From NCBI GenBank assembly GCA_934725015.1, contig CAKVAS010000005.1:123088-187087 (forward strand): a DNA stretch of 64,000 nt, given 5' to 3'. Positions 19,029 through 28,678 of this stretch are shown here, piece after piece. Numbering within the stretch: position 1 is the first letter of the stretch; each line of letters starts with the position of its first letter. Both the position numbers and the translations under genes were made by a program. The notes beneath the pieces were generated by a model. It had not been told where the DNA came from. It did not search any database and was given only the letters and a program-made list of their open reading frames with translations. This DNA is from an uncultured Bacteroidales bacterium. Lineage in GTDB: Bacteria; Bacteroidota; Bacteroidia; Bacteroidales; UBA932.

Positions 19029-19640
19029 TTAAAATAAACCGAAGAGCTGGGCATCTATACGATCCGTTATCGAAGAAAAGTCCTCCGGGCGGTTCTCGAA
19101 GTCGAGATTGTCACCCTCGATGGTGATGACCCGGCCGGGATAGGACGCTATCCACTGCTCGTAGAGGTCGTTCAGCCCGGTGAGGTACTCGATGCTCATC
19201 CCCTTCTCATAGTCACGTCCCCTCTTTGCAATCTGCGAGACGAGGTGGGAAATCGAGGAGCGGATGTAAATAAGCAAATCCGGATATTTAACTGAAGACA
19301 TCACCACATGGAAGAGTTCCATGTAGGTGTTGAAGTCACGCTCGGAAAGGTTGCCCATCAGATAGTTGTTGCGGACGAATATTTCCACGCCCTCGAATAT
19401 CGTGCGGTCCTGGACAATGGTCTCGCGGCTCTTGGCAATAGCCATCACGTCCTTGAGACGCTGCGCGAGGAAGTATGTCTCAAGATTATAGGACCAGCGC
19501 GGAATGTCCGTGTAGTAGTCCTCCAGATAGGGGTTGTAGGTCACGGCCTCGAACCTGGGAGTCCATCCGTAGTGTTCGGCCAGCATACGCGTGAGAGTAG
19601 TCTTGCCGCATCCTATGTTTCCGGCGATACCGATGTGCAT
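19029..19640 (-). CDS. deoxynucleoside kinase
   Basis: P-loop GNIGCGKTT and dNK-family layout (VQDRTIFEG, about 200 aa). Confidence 0.85.
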   Translation of the reverse strand: MHIGIAGNIGCGKTTLTRMLAEHYGWTPRFEAVTYNPYLEDYYTDIPRWSYNLETYFLAQRLKDVMAIAKSRETIVQDRTIFEGVEIFVRNNYLMGNLSERDFNTYMELFHVVMSSVKYPDLLIYIRSSISHLVSQIAKRGRDYEKGMSIEYLTGLNDLYEQWIASYPGRVITIEGDNLDFENRPEDFSSITDRIDAQLFGLF

Positions 19641-19642
19641 GA

Positions 19643-20233
19643 TTATTCAGTTTTTGCAGGTGGAATTTCTATTTTGCAGTTGGTCGAGTTCATCGCCCTC
19701 TCGACGCCGATTGTGGCGAAGGCCTTTACGCCGGCTATCACCTTGTCGCTGATCAGCGGCATCACCTTCAGTTCTTCGTCGCTCAGTTTCCCGAGCACGA
19801 AATCGACCTGATGTCCCCGGCTGAAATCATTGCCGATTCCGAGACGAATCCGCGCATATTCCTGACTTCCGAGAAGCTCGGTGATGTTCTTGAGCCCGTT
19901 GTGACCGCCGTCGCTGCCGTTCTTTCGCATACGGATGGTTCCGAACGGAAGATTGAGGTCGTCGGAAATGACGATGATGTTTTCTATCGGAATGTTCTTC
20001 TCCTGCATCCAGTACCTGACGGCCTTGCCGCTGAGGTTCATGTAGGTGGACGGCTTCAGGAGAATAAACCTGTGTCCCTTGAACGGAACTTCGGCGATGT
20101 CTCCGTAGCGTTCTGTGTGAAAAACGGCGTTGGATGCCTTCGCGAAGGCATCCAACACTATAAATCCCATGTTGTGCCGGGTGTTTTCATATTCGGAACC
20201 TATGTTTCCGAGCCCGACTACAAGACAGTTCAT
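19643..20233 (-). CDS. pth: peptidyl-tRNA hydrolase
   Basis: MNCLVVGLGNIGSEYENTRHNMGF hallmark, plus GHNGLKNI. Confidence 0.95.
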   Translation of the reverse strand: MNCLVVGLGNIGSEYENTRHNMGFIVLDAFAKASNAVFHTERYGDIAEVPFKGHRFILLKPSTYMNLSGKAVRYWMQEKNIPIENIIVISDDLNLPFGTIRMRKNGSDGGHNGLKNITELLGSQEYARIRLGIGNDFSRGHQVDFVLGKLSDEELKVMPLISDKVIAGVKAFATIGVERAMNSTNCKIEIPPAKTE

Positions 20234-20251
20234 CTTTCAGACAATTCCTGA

Positions 20252-20827
20252 TTATTCAGCCTGGGCAGCCTGAGCGGATGCACGGGTAGGACGTACTGAG
20301 CAGATGATTGTTGCCTTAGGAGAAACGATGGTGACACCCTCGTAGTGGAGGTCGCCGGCCACAATCTGCTTGCCGATGAGGAGAGGAGTACAATCAACCT
20401 CAAGCGTGTCAGGAAGTTCGTGGAGCATGGCGCTGACCTTGAGCTTGCGCGCTGAAACGAGAAGCTTACCGCCGGCCTTCACACCCTCTGCGTGACCCGT
20501 AACGACAACCGGAACGTCAATTACGACAGGCTTGGTATCGTTCACAGCGAGGAAATCGACATGGAGGCACTGGTCCTCTACCGGATGCCACTGAAGCTCA
20601 TGAAGAACGGCGTTGATTTTCTGTCCGTTGCTGAGTTCGAGGTCGATGATGTATGAGTTCGGAGTGTGGGTGATTGGCCTGAGAGCCTTGGCGTCAACCG
20701 CAAAGTGGATGTTCTCCATTCCGAGTCCGTAGATGTTGCAAGGCACGAGTCCTTCCTTGCGGAGAGCCTTGATGGCCTTCTTTCCGACAGCTTCACGAAG
20801 CTGCCCCTTCAATTCAATGTGTTTCAT
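20252..20827 (-). CDS. rplY: 50S ribosomal protein L25 / general stress protein Ctc
   Basis: MKHIELKGQLREAVGKKAIKALRKEGLVPCNIYG with a long Ctc-type C-terminal domain. Confidence 0.9.
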   Translation of the reverse strand: MKHIELKGQLREAVGKKAIKALRKEGLVPCNIYGLGMENIHFAVDAKALRPITHTPNSYIIDLELSNGQKINAVLHELQWHPVEDQCLHVDFLAVNDTKPVVIDVPVVVTGHAEGVKAGGKLLVSARKLKVSAMLHELPDTLEVDCTPLLIGKQIVAGDLHYEGVTIVSPKATIICSVRPTRASAQAAQAE

Positions 20828-20861
20828 TGTTTTTAAATTAAAATGTGTTACTCAGCTCCGT

Positions 20862-20985
20862 TGCGGAACTCCATAAAAAGCGCATCGCGGCGTTGCACTC
20901 CCCGGCAGAATCCTCACAACCATCAAGGTTGCTGCGGTTCATCCGCATCGTGCGCCTTGCGCTGCATCTTTTTATGAAGTTCCGC
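20862..20985. repeat. dispersed palindromic intergenic repeat, copy C (core 20909-20937), with long outer inverted arms
   Basis: Core aatcctcacaaccatcaaggttgctgcgg. The outer arms ggaactccataaaaag and ctttttatgaagttcc pair with one mismatch. Confidence 0.8.
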
Positions 20986-21116
20986 CTCCCCTTGCGAGGC
21001 TGACGGAACCCCATTGCACCAAAAAGTCCAGTGACTTTTTATGGGGCTGCAAAGATACTATTTTTTTTTATATTCAACAACATGGGTTCAAACTTGGCAA
21101 AAGTTGTCTTAAAGTG

Positions 21117-21173
21117 TATGGGGCAGGAGACCTTCGCTCATGAAAAAAATCGTTCAGGCTCTCCTGCCCCATA
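21117..21173. other. perfect 14-bp-stem hairpin downstream of the C11 peptidase gene (possible terminator)
   Basis: tatggggcaggaga (21117-21130) pairs with tctcctgccccata (21160-21173) around a 29-nt loop. No clean U-tract follows, so terminator function is uncertain. Confidence 0.4.
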
Positions 21174-21217
21174 CGCTCCGCAACTTCTACAAGGGAGCTG
21201 TTACAACATCTCATTAA

Positions 21218-22531
21218 CTACTTCACAAGACCCGTCGCCTTGTTCCAGGAAAGTTCCTTATAATAATTATTAAGGTAACTGCGCTCGGGGTACGGCAGGT
21301 ACATGCTCAGTCCGCTGTAGCTGCTGATTTTGAAGTCGCTCATGAACCACTCCGTCGAAGCCCTGTAGGCGACGCACTGTCCGAGAGCCCAGTCGATGTC
21401 GGCGAGTTCGATTTCGGTCGCACCGGAGGCGACCATCACGCTCCTGAAGTCGTAGAACCATTTCTGCTTGTCCCTGTAGCGGTTGCGGAAAAACTGCTGA
21501 AGGGAGGTCTTGTCGCAGCTGTCGTAATTCACGTCATGCGAGCGGAACACGGAGCGGCACACTGCGGCAAGCGCGTCGATGCGTGAGCAGTCAATCATGG
21601 AGATTGTCGCGGACTTATATTGCCCGCTCTGATTCTCGTAAAGGCTGTAGAAGTCCTCGCAGACGGCCTCGGGATCCGGAGCATCGGATTTCAGAAGCCG
21701 CTCCACAAGCCGGCTGTAGTCCATTCCGTCGCCTAAAATCTCAGTCTGGGAGGCGCACATCCAGCGGCATTTGTCCTTCAGCTCGTATGCGACCTCGACT
21801 CCGCCCATATAGCAGGCGTCGAAGATGATGTAGTCCAGTTTGAACGGAATGGCCTCGGCCAGTTCGACGATGTCGGTCTCATAGGCGTTCTTGTGCGTCC
21901 CGTCCGTCCATGTAGAGCCTATGCTCTTCACCGCCGGGCCGTCGTCCTCACGATGGACATAGGGCACGGGGGCGTTTGCGCGGCGGCCTCTCTTCCTGCC
22001 GGACTTACCTGCCGACCAGACATCCGCCGTTGTGCCCTCGAACCGTTCAGGCAGGGCGAGATAGCCGGGCGGGACCCAGCCGGAGCCGTGAGAGGAGAGC
22101 AGCAGGCCGTAGCTGTCCGCATGATACTCATCCCTGATGCAGTTTAGCGCTTTCGCGATGTTCCCGCCCGTGTTAGGGATGTCCCCCTCGCCGAAGGTCA
22201 TGACATTGGCACGGACGAGGTCGCCGGCATGATTAAGATAAATCCTCACGAGAGAGGGAATTTCCGGAGTTCCGTCGGCATTCACTCCGTGGCTGTAGAG
22301 AAAGAACAGGTTCTCCTCGTCCCCGCCGGCCGGAATGTAGCCGCAGGACACCTCCTTTATGTTCTTTTTCAGATAGGAGTCCAGATCGTTGCAGCCGAAG
22401 CTCATCATCACGAAAGCATGGATGTGATTGTGCCGCACGACTACCTCCGTTTCGGTGACGACCTTCGTGCAGGCGCCGAGCGAGAGGAGAGCCGCGACGG
22501 AGAAAAGTATATTTCGTATCATTGTCTTCAT
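21218..22531 (-). CDS. clostripain-family (peptidase C11) lipoprotein
   Basis: Signal LFSVAALLSLGAC and a His/Cys dyad context (LLLSSHGSGWVP and IIFDACYMGG) typical of C11. Confidence 0.8.
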   Translation of the reverse strand: MKTMIRNILFSVAALLSLGACTKVVTETEVVVRHNHIHAFVMMSFGCNDLDSYLKKNIKEVSCGYIPAGGDEENLFFLYSHGVNADGTPEIPSLVRIYLNHAGDLVRANVMTFGEGDIPNTGGNIAKALNCIRDEYHADSYGLLLSSHGSGWVPPGYLALPERFEGTTADVWSAGKSGRKRGRRANAPVPYVHREDDGPAVKSIGSTWTDGTHKNAYETDIVELAEAIPFKLDYIIFDACYMGGVEVAYELKDKCRWMCASQTEILGDGMDYSRLVERLLKSDAPDPEAVCEDFYSLYENQSGQYKSATISMIDCSRIDALAAVCRSVFRSHDVNYDSCDKTSLQQFFRNRYRDKQKWFYDFRSVMVASGATEIELADIDWALGQCVAYRASTEWFMSDFKISSYSGLSMYLPYPERSYLNNYYKELSWNKATGLVK

Positions 22532-22659
22532 ATTCCCATATTTTTCCTAAATTTGTCAGATATTCTTCAAATCCGCAAAGGTACGAAAAATCTTCGTATC
22601 ACGCGGTTTCGGGGATATGCATTTGTCGCATAATATATCAAAAGTAGGGATATTACAAT

Positions 22660-24654
22660 ATGAAAACTGTAGTGAAAATGATTGCAGCAGCAGCGATTAT
22701 GGGCTGTGCCGTGTCGTGCGGCGCTCCGAAGGACGAGGTGCCGGCCGACTTCAGGTATCTGATTGACGAGTTCGCCGACCTGAAGATTATGAGATACCGC
22801 GTGCCGGGATGGAACGCACTGAGTCTCAAGCAGAAGGAATATGTCTATCACCTGAGCGAGGCGGCGAAATACGGACGCGACATCCTCTGGAACCAGAACT
22901 GCGCGGTGAACCTGCCGGTGCGTCATGTGCTTGAGGACATAATCGAAAAATACGACGGCGACAAGGAGTGTAAGGAATATGCCGATTTCCTGGTCTATGC
23001 CAAGAGGGTGTTCTTCAGCAACGGAATACACCACCACTACGCCGAGGAAAAGTTCTTCCCGGAGTGCTCACGCGAGTACTTCGCAAGCCTTATGGCGGCC
23101 GTCGGCGACGAGGATGACGAACTGCTTGAGGCAATCTATTCCCCGACGCTCTACCGCTGGAGAAAGACCGACGAGGGAGACATCGTGAAGGGCTCGTCGG
23201 TGAACTTCTACGAGGGCGTGAACAGAAAGGAAGTCGATGACTTCTATGCCGCGCTCGCCGACCCGAACGACCCGGAACCGGTTTCATATGGGCTCAACAG
23301 CAAGCTCGTAAAGGGGGCGGACGGGGTAATCCGGGAGGAAGTCTATCGTATCGACGGACTGTACGGAGCGGCCATATCGAAGATTGTCGGGGAGCTCGAA
23401 CTCGCGGCCGAGGCCGCCGAGAGCGAGATTCAGAAGCAGTACATCGCGACGCTGGTCGATTACTACCGCACGGGTGACCTGCGCCTTTGGGACAAGTACA
23501 ACGTCGAATGGGTGAAGGACACGCTCGGTACGGTGGACTTCATCAACGGCTTCATCGAGGACTACAACGACCCTCTCGGACGCAAGGCCACTTGGGAGGG
23601 ACTCGTGAACGTCCGTGACGAGGAGGCCTCGCAGCGCACGGTGAAGCTCTCGGAGAACGCGCAGTGGTTCGAGGACCACTCCCCCGTCGATGCAAGGTTC
23701 AGGAAGCCTGCGGTCAAGGGAATCTCCGCGAAGGTAATCGATGCGGTGACGCTCGCCGGAGACTGCTATCCTGCCACCCCTATCGGAATCAACCTCCCCA
23801 ACGCCGACTGGATCAGGCGCGAGCACGGCTCCAAGTCCGTGACCATCGCGAACATAACCCACGCCTACGACTTCGCGGCGCAGGAGTCGCCCAAGAGCAC
23901 GCTCACGGAATTTGCCTGGGACGAGGAGGAAATCGCGGCGGCGAAGAAATACCTCGCCCTCACCGACGAGATTCACACCGACCTGCACGAATGCCTCGGT
24001 CACGGCAGCGGGCAGCTTCTTCCGGGGACTTCGCCGAACGCGCTCGGAGAGTTCAGCTCCACCCTTGAGGAGACCCGCGCAGACCTCTTCGGACTCTACT
24101 ACATGGCAGACCCGAAACTCGTCGAACTCGGCATCCTTCCGGACGGCGAGGCCTACAAGGCAATGTACGCCAACTACATACGCAACGGCCTGCTCGTGCA
24201 GTTCTCACGTGTCGAGCTCGGCAAGAAGAACACCGAGGCGCACATGCAGAACCGCAAGCTGATTGCCCATTGGTGCTACGACAAGGGACTGGAGAACAAG
24301 GTGATAGAGAAGAGGATACGCGACGGAAAGACCTATTTCGTGGTGAACGACTACCCGGCGCTGCGGGGTCTGTTCGGCGACCTGCTCGCGGAAATCCAGC
24401 GAATAAAGTCCGAGGGCGACTACGCGGCCGGCAAGGCTATGGTCGAGAAGTATGCCGTGAACATCGACTACGACCTCCACAAGGAGATTCTCGAACGCTA
24501 CGCCGCCCTGAACCTCAAGCCTTACGGGGGCTTCGTGAACCCGCGCATCGAGCCGGTGGAGAAGAACGGGAAGGTGGTTGACTACGCCATTTCCTACACC
24601 GACGGCTATCTGGAGCAGATGCTCGAATACGGTCATAAGTATAAGACTTTATAA
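22660..24654 (+). CDS. dipeptidyl-peptidase III (peptidase M49)
   Basis: HECLGH plus EETRADL zinc motifs (the Bacteroides-type pentapeptide variant of HELLGH), with a signal/lipoprotein N-terminus. Confidence 0.9.
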   Translation: MKTVVKMIAAAAIMGCAVSCGAPKDEVPADFRYLIDEFADLKIMRYRVPGWNALSLKQKEYVYHLSEAAKYGRDILWNQNCAVNLPVRHVLEDIIEKYDGDKECKEYADFLVYAKRVFFSNGIHHHYAEEKFFPECSREYFASLMAAVGDEDDELLEAIYSPTLYRWRKTDEGDIVKGSSVNFYEGVNRKEVDDFYAALADPNDPEPVSYGLNSKLVKGADGVIREEVYRIDGLYGAAISKIVGELELAAEAAESEIQKQYIATLVDYYRTGDLRLWDKYNVEWVKDTLGTVDFINGFIEDYNDPLGRKATWEGLVNVRDEEASQRTVKLSENAQWFEDHSPVDARFRKPAVKGISAKVIDAVTLAGDCYPATPIGINLPNADWIRREHGSKSVTIANITHAYDFAAQESPKSTLTEFAWDEEEIAAAKKYLALTDEIHTDLHECLGHGSGQLLPGTSPNALGEFSSTLEETRADLFGLYYMADPKLVELGILPDGEAYKAMYANYIRNGLLVQFSRVELGKKNTEAHMQNRKLIAHWCYDKGLENKVIEKRIRDGKTYFVVNDYPALRGLFGDLLAEIQRIKSEGDYAAGKAMVEKYAVNIDYDLHKEILERYAALNLKPYGGFVNPRIEPVEKNGKVVDYAISYTDGYLEQMLEYGHKYKTL

Positions 24655-24656
24655 TG

Positions 24657-24720
24657 CCGGAGCAACCTTTTGGTTGTGAGGATTTTCCGCGAACGACAAC
24701 GAAGTAATCCTCCGCCTTTA
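24657..24720. repeat. dispersed palindromic intergenic repeat, copy D (inverted orientation; core 24657-24684)
   Basis: ccggagcaaccttttggttgtgaggatt is the reverse complement of the A-C core, with a different loop. Confidence 0.85.
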
Positions 24721-24780
24721 GTACCCGGATGTCTGAATATCATAAAAGGATGAAGTACAAGGCGGAGCGAAGCGGAAATA

Positions 24781-24843
24781 CCGGAGCAACCTTTTGGTTG
24801 TGAGGATTTTCCGCAAGTGACAACGAAGTAATTCGCCTTTTAG
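24781..24843. repeat. dispersed palindromic intergenic repeat, copy E (core 24781-24808), direct duplicate of D about 124 bp away
   Basis: The core ccggagcaaccttttggttgtgaggatt is identical, and the tail ttccgc(g/a)a(c/g)(g/t)gacaacgaagtaat is similar. Confidence 0.85.
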
Positions 24844-24844
24844 G

Positions 24845-25711
24845 ATGTTCAGACACGAAGAGGAGTACGAGTACTATCTGAAGATAGAATGTGCGATGTC
24901 GCCGAACACGGTGGCGTCGTACATTTCCGATCTGTCGTTCTTCTTCAGGGCGGCGGGCAAGGAGCCGGAGGAGATAGTTCCGGAGGACATAATCAGCTAT
25001 TTCGCCGAGGGCACGGCCGTTTCCAAGCGCTCGCAGGCACGCATCCTGAGCTCGCTCCATTCTTTTTACAACTGGATGCTCATGGCGGGCAGGATGAAGG
25101 AAAATCCCTCAGACGCGGTGGAGGCTCCGAAGCTCGGTAAGTACCTGCCGGAAGTGCTGTCCGTGGAGGAGGTCGAAAAGCTCATCGGAGCCGTGGATTT
25201 GAGCTCGCCGTTCGGGAAGCGAGACAGGGCTATCCTTGAGGTTCTGTACGGGCTGGGGCTGAGGGTGTCGGAGTCCATATCCCTGAAAATCTCGGACTTC
25301 TGGTTCGACAAGGGATTCGTCAGCGTCATCGGCAAGGGCAACAAGCAGCGGCTCGTCCCGCTCGGGGACATGGCCCGCGACGCGGCGCTGGCCTACCTCG
25401 ACGTGCGTGGGGAGGCGTCCGATCGGGACAGCGACGACATCCTGTTTCTGAACCGCTTCGGGAGGGGGCTCAGCCGGGTGGCGGTGTTCAACATGATTAA
25501 GTCGTATGCAATGAAGGCCGGCATCAGCAAGGAAATTTCACCGCACACCCTGCGCCATTCGTTCGCAACGCATCTTGTCGAAAACGGGGCCGACCTGCGT
25601 GCGGTGCAGGAAATGCTCGGACATGAGAGCATCCTGACCACGGAGATTTACACGCACATCGACAGTTCGACCTGGCAGCGGAATATCCTCGACCACTTCC
25701 CGCGTCATTGA
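24845..25711 (+). CDS. xerD: site-specific tyrosine recombinase XerD/XerC type
   Basis: N-terminal SAM-like core-binding domain (YLKIECAMSPNTVASYISDL) and catalytic region HTLRHSFATHL ... LGHESILTTEIYTHI. No flanking mobile-element cargo. Confidence 0.75.
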   Translation: MFRHEEEYEYYLKIECAMSPNTVASYISDLSFFFRAAGKEPEEIVPEDIISYFAEGTAVSKRSQARILSSLHSFYNWMLMAGRMKENPSDAVEAPKLGKYLPEVLSVEEVEKLIGAVDLSSPFGKRDRAILEVLYGLGLRVSESISLKISDFWFDKGFVSVIGKGNKQRLVPLGDMARDAALAYLDVRGEASDRDSDDILFLNRFGRGLSRVAVFNMIKSYAMKAGISKEISPHTLRHSFATHLVENGADLRAVQEMLGHESILTTEIYTHIDSSTWQRNILDHFPRH

Positions 25712-25841
25712 TTTTGACATCTTTTTGGTCTATATTTACTTTCTCATCGGTCATGTTGTACCTCCAGTACCCCCACCCTCTTCAAAAATAAATCTATCCT
25801 CAAAAATCTAATCCAAATCAGTCACAGCTTATTTCTCAAAC

Positions 25842-26294
25842 TTATTTGTAGGTCCTTCTGAGGAAGGCGAGGAGAAGGCGGCGGACGATGTAGGTCCGAG
25901 GCCAGAGCCTTGAGCAGAGTCTCCACGAAAACGAAGAACAGCTACATTCCTTTCCGGACGGGGCTATTCTTTTTTCCACGACGGCAAAGACATCCTCCGG
26001 ATTCGCCCATTCAGTGCCCTTGCAGTTGCCGTCGCCCCGGAAGATGTAGGCGGAAGCCCTTTTCCCGATGCATCGGTGCAGGATGAACTTGCCGCGGAAG
26101 CGGAACAGCGCGACGTCGCCGCTTTTCAGGCCGTCCGCCGGCACGAACGGGCGGAGCAGCGCGGAGTCCTTCTCGTTGCGGAAAAACGGGAACATACTGC
26201 AACCCTTGACATTAAGCAGGACATGGCCCGAGTTTTCGAGTTCGTCGAGGAGGTTCTCGAAAAATATGTCGTTAGGAATTACAATCTGTCCCAT
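25842..26294 (-). CDS. S24/S26-family peptidase-like protein
   Basis: VKGCSMFPFF (GxSM nucleophile context), GDVALFRFRGKFILHRCIGK, and a hydrophobic, basic C-terminal tail. Confidence 0.55.
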   Translation of the reverse strand: MGQIVIPNDIFFENLLDELENSGHVLLNVKGCSMFPFFRNEKDSALLRPFVPADGLKSGDVALFRFRGKFILHRCIGKRASAYIFRGDGNCKGTEWANPEDVFAVVEKRIAPSGKECSCSSFSWRLCSRLWPRTYIVRRLLLAFLRRTYK

Positions 26295-26431
26295 ATTACT
26301 TTCTCCATTTCGCTTTTGTCCGCATCGGATTTGCGAATTTCACAAATTTTGCGTAATTATGCAAGATTTTTCGACCGTGTCCGGAGCAATATGGCTCCAA
26401 GCGAGGACAGGAGAGCAAATAATTATATGAA

Positions 26432-28678
26432 ATGAAAGCAAGGATAATGATGATTACGGCCATCGCGATGATGGCGCTGTGCGGAACCGCCTCAGACTCC
26501 TGGGCAGCCCCCGCGAGAAAACATCTGATTACCTACACCCAGCCTGACGGCGCGACATTCAGGGGATATGTGCGGGGCGACGAGTTCTGTCATGTCTGCA
26601 CGACCGCTTCGGGACGGACCATCGTGAAGGACGAGGACGGATGGTGGTGTTACGCGAGCCTCGCCGCGGACGGAAGCCTGGCGGCGACGGGCGGCAGGGT
26701 AAGCGCGTCGGAAGCGTCTGTTTCCGCATTTTCGGCGGCACACGGAACCATATTCCCGAAAGCATCGGAAAGGCGGAGGACTTTCAATGAAAACGTCGCG
26801 AGGAAGCCGATGATGCGAAATTTTCTTGCACAGGACGGAGCCGCCACCAAATCTGCGGCCATGCCGAAGCAGAAGCATGGAATCGTGATTCTCGCGCAGT
26901 TCAGCGACGTTCCGTTCACCTACACGAGACAGAATTTCGTGGATTTGCTGACGAAGAAAGGATATTCCCACAACGGGGCGGTCGGGAGCGCACTGGACTA
27001 TTTCAACGACCAGTTCAACGGAGAGGTCGAGTTCAGCTTCGACGTGTCGGAGATTGTCACGCTGCCGAACGAACGGGCATACTACGGCGGCAATGACCGT
27101 AACGGAGAAGACAAGAATGCGGAACAGATGATTATTGATGCCTGCAGGCTTGCTTCTGAAAAAGGGACGGATTTCTCAAAATATGACGACGACAACGACG
27201 GTTATGTCGATAATGTCTTTGTGTTCTTTTCCGGCGGTGACGAAGCGGACGGAGCCGGAGACGACTGCATCTGGTCGCACGCCTATTACATTGAGTCCGG
27301 GGCAAAAAAACACCTGACGCTCAACGGGAAGAAGATTGACAGCTACGCCTGCACGTCTGAGCTCACAGCCGAAATCGACGAATATAATGGAGCATATGGT
27401 ATAACGGGAAACTATTTTCTCGCGGGCATCGGGACATTCTGCCACGAGTACAGCCACACCTTCGGGCTCCCGGACCTCTATGACACGGACTATGAAAAAA
27501 GCGGAGGACAGGCGGAGGCTCTCTGGACCTGCACCGGTCTCATGGACGGAGGAAACATGAACGACTACGGCAACACGCCGCCGTACTACAATGCAATAGA
27601 CAGGGAATATCTCGGAATCGGGGAGGCCCTGACGCTTGAGGAAGGCAGCCACAAACTCGAACCGATACATCTGAACGGCAGGTATTACCGTCTGGACACA
27701 GGCACGAAGGACGAGTATTTCCTCATCGAGTGCAGGAGTAACAAGACGCTGTGGGACAAGCACATCGGCGGAAAAGGTATGCTGATCTATCACATCGACA
27801 AGTCGAATAACTCCGCAGGTAGTTCAGACTATTATGAAGGAGTGCTGACGGCGGCTAAGAGATGGGACTACAACGAAGTCAACTGCCGTCGCGACAGGCA
27901 GTGCGCAGACCTCGTCGAAGCCGACCCCAATGTTGTCCGTCAGGCACAAAGCGGCTCATCCTTTTATCCGACCGCCGCGCAGGTGGCAAAGATATTCTTC
28001 CCAAGCGGCACTCACAACACCCTCGGGCCGGACAACGGACTCTCCGGATGGGACGGCAACGGATGCGGAGTGCAGATTTACGGGATTCAGACAGAAAGCG
28101 ACGGCTCGGTGTCATTCTCGGTGGGCAAGCCCAAGGAAGTCAGCGCCACTGTCAGGAAAGACGTGTTCCAGAATGCCGCAATTCTTGAAATAGAGATGTT
28201 CAATGCGGACGGGGAAATAACGATAAAATACGGATTGTCCGGAAAGTCATTGACCTCCGGCATAAGCGCAGACGCGGACGAGACTGGAAAATATGTTGTC
28301 CGTCTTGACGGACTGACACCCCGACAGGCCTACACGGCAGAGATTTACGCGACGGTGGATGGCGCGCAGACAAAAGTGACCACGGCGTCATTCACGACAA
28401 AGCCCGTTTCCGGGACATATCCGGCAATAATCGTTGATGTCGAAGGACGGAACGACGACGGTTCATTTGCCTCAGGGGCCAAGATTCCACTGGTCCTGAA
28501 CAATGCCACCGCGGCAAAGAAAGTGGAGTGGTACTTTGACGGCAAGGCCATGGATACGGCTGAGGACTGCTACCTCACCGTTGAGAGGACCGGAACATTG
28601 AAAGCAGTCATGACATACTCCGACGGAGTTCAGACAAGCATTTACAAGAAAGTTGTAGTACAGAATCAGTTACAATGA
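26432..28678 (+). CDS. secreted M6-family (immune inhibitor A-like) metalloprotease
   Basis: Signal peptide MKARIMMITAIAMMALCGTASDSWA and zinc motif FCHEYSHTFGLPDLYD. Beta-rich C-terminal domains follow. Confidence 0.8.
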   Translation: MKARIMMITAIAMMALCGTASDSWAAPARKHLITYTQPDGATFRGYVRGDEFCHVCTTASGRTIVKDEDGWWCYASLAADGSLAATGGRVSASEASVSAFSAAHGTIFPKASERRRTFNENVARKPMMRNFLAQDGAATKSAAMPKQKHGIVILAQFSDVPFTYTRQNFVDLLTKKGYSHNGAVGSALDYFNDQFNGEVEFSFDVSEIVTLPNERAYYGGNDRNGEDKNAEQMIIDACRLASEKGTDFSKYDDDNDGYVDNVFVFFSGGDEADGAGDDCIWSHAYYIESGAKKHLTLNGKKIDSYACTSELTAEIDEYNGAYGITGNYFLAGIGTFCHEYSHTFGLPDLYDTDYEKSGGQAEALWTCTGLMDGGNMNDYGNTPPYYNAIDREYLGIGEALTLEEGSHKLEPIHLNGRYYRLDTGTKDEYFLIECRSNKTLWDKHIGGKGMLIYHIDKSNNSAGSSDYYEGVLTAAKRWDYNEVNCRRDRQCADLVEADPNVVRQAQSGSSFYPTAAQVAKIFFPSGTHNTLGPDNGLSGWDGNGCGVQIYGIQTESDGSVSFSVGKPKEVSATVRKDVFQNAAILEIEMFNADGEITIKYGLSGKSLTSGISADADETGKYVVRLDGLTPRQAYTAEIYATVDGAQTKVTTASFTTKPVSGTYPAIIVDVEGRNDDGSFASGAKIPLVLNNATAAKKVEWYFDGKAMDTAEDCYLTVERTGTLKAVMTYSDGVQTSIYKKVVVQNQLQ

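Noticed and set aside
24845-25711. Tyrosine recombinase as the integrase of a mobile element
   Set aside because: Its size and motifs fit chromosomal XerD/XerC. The neighbours are housekeeping genes, and I saw no att-like direct repeats, tRNA target or cargo genes. The adjacent repeats D and E belong to a dispersed family that is not specific to this locus.
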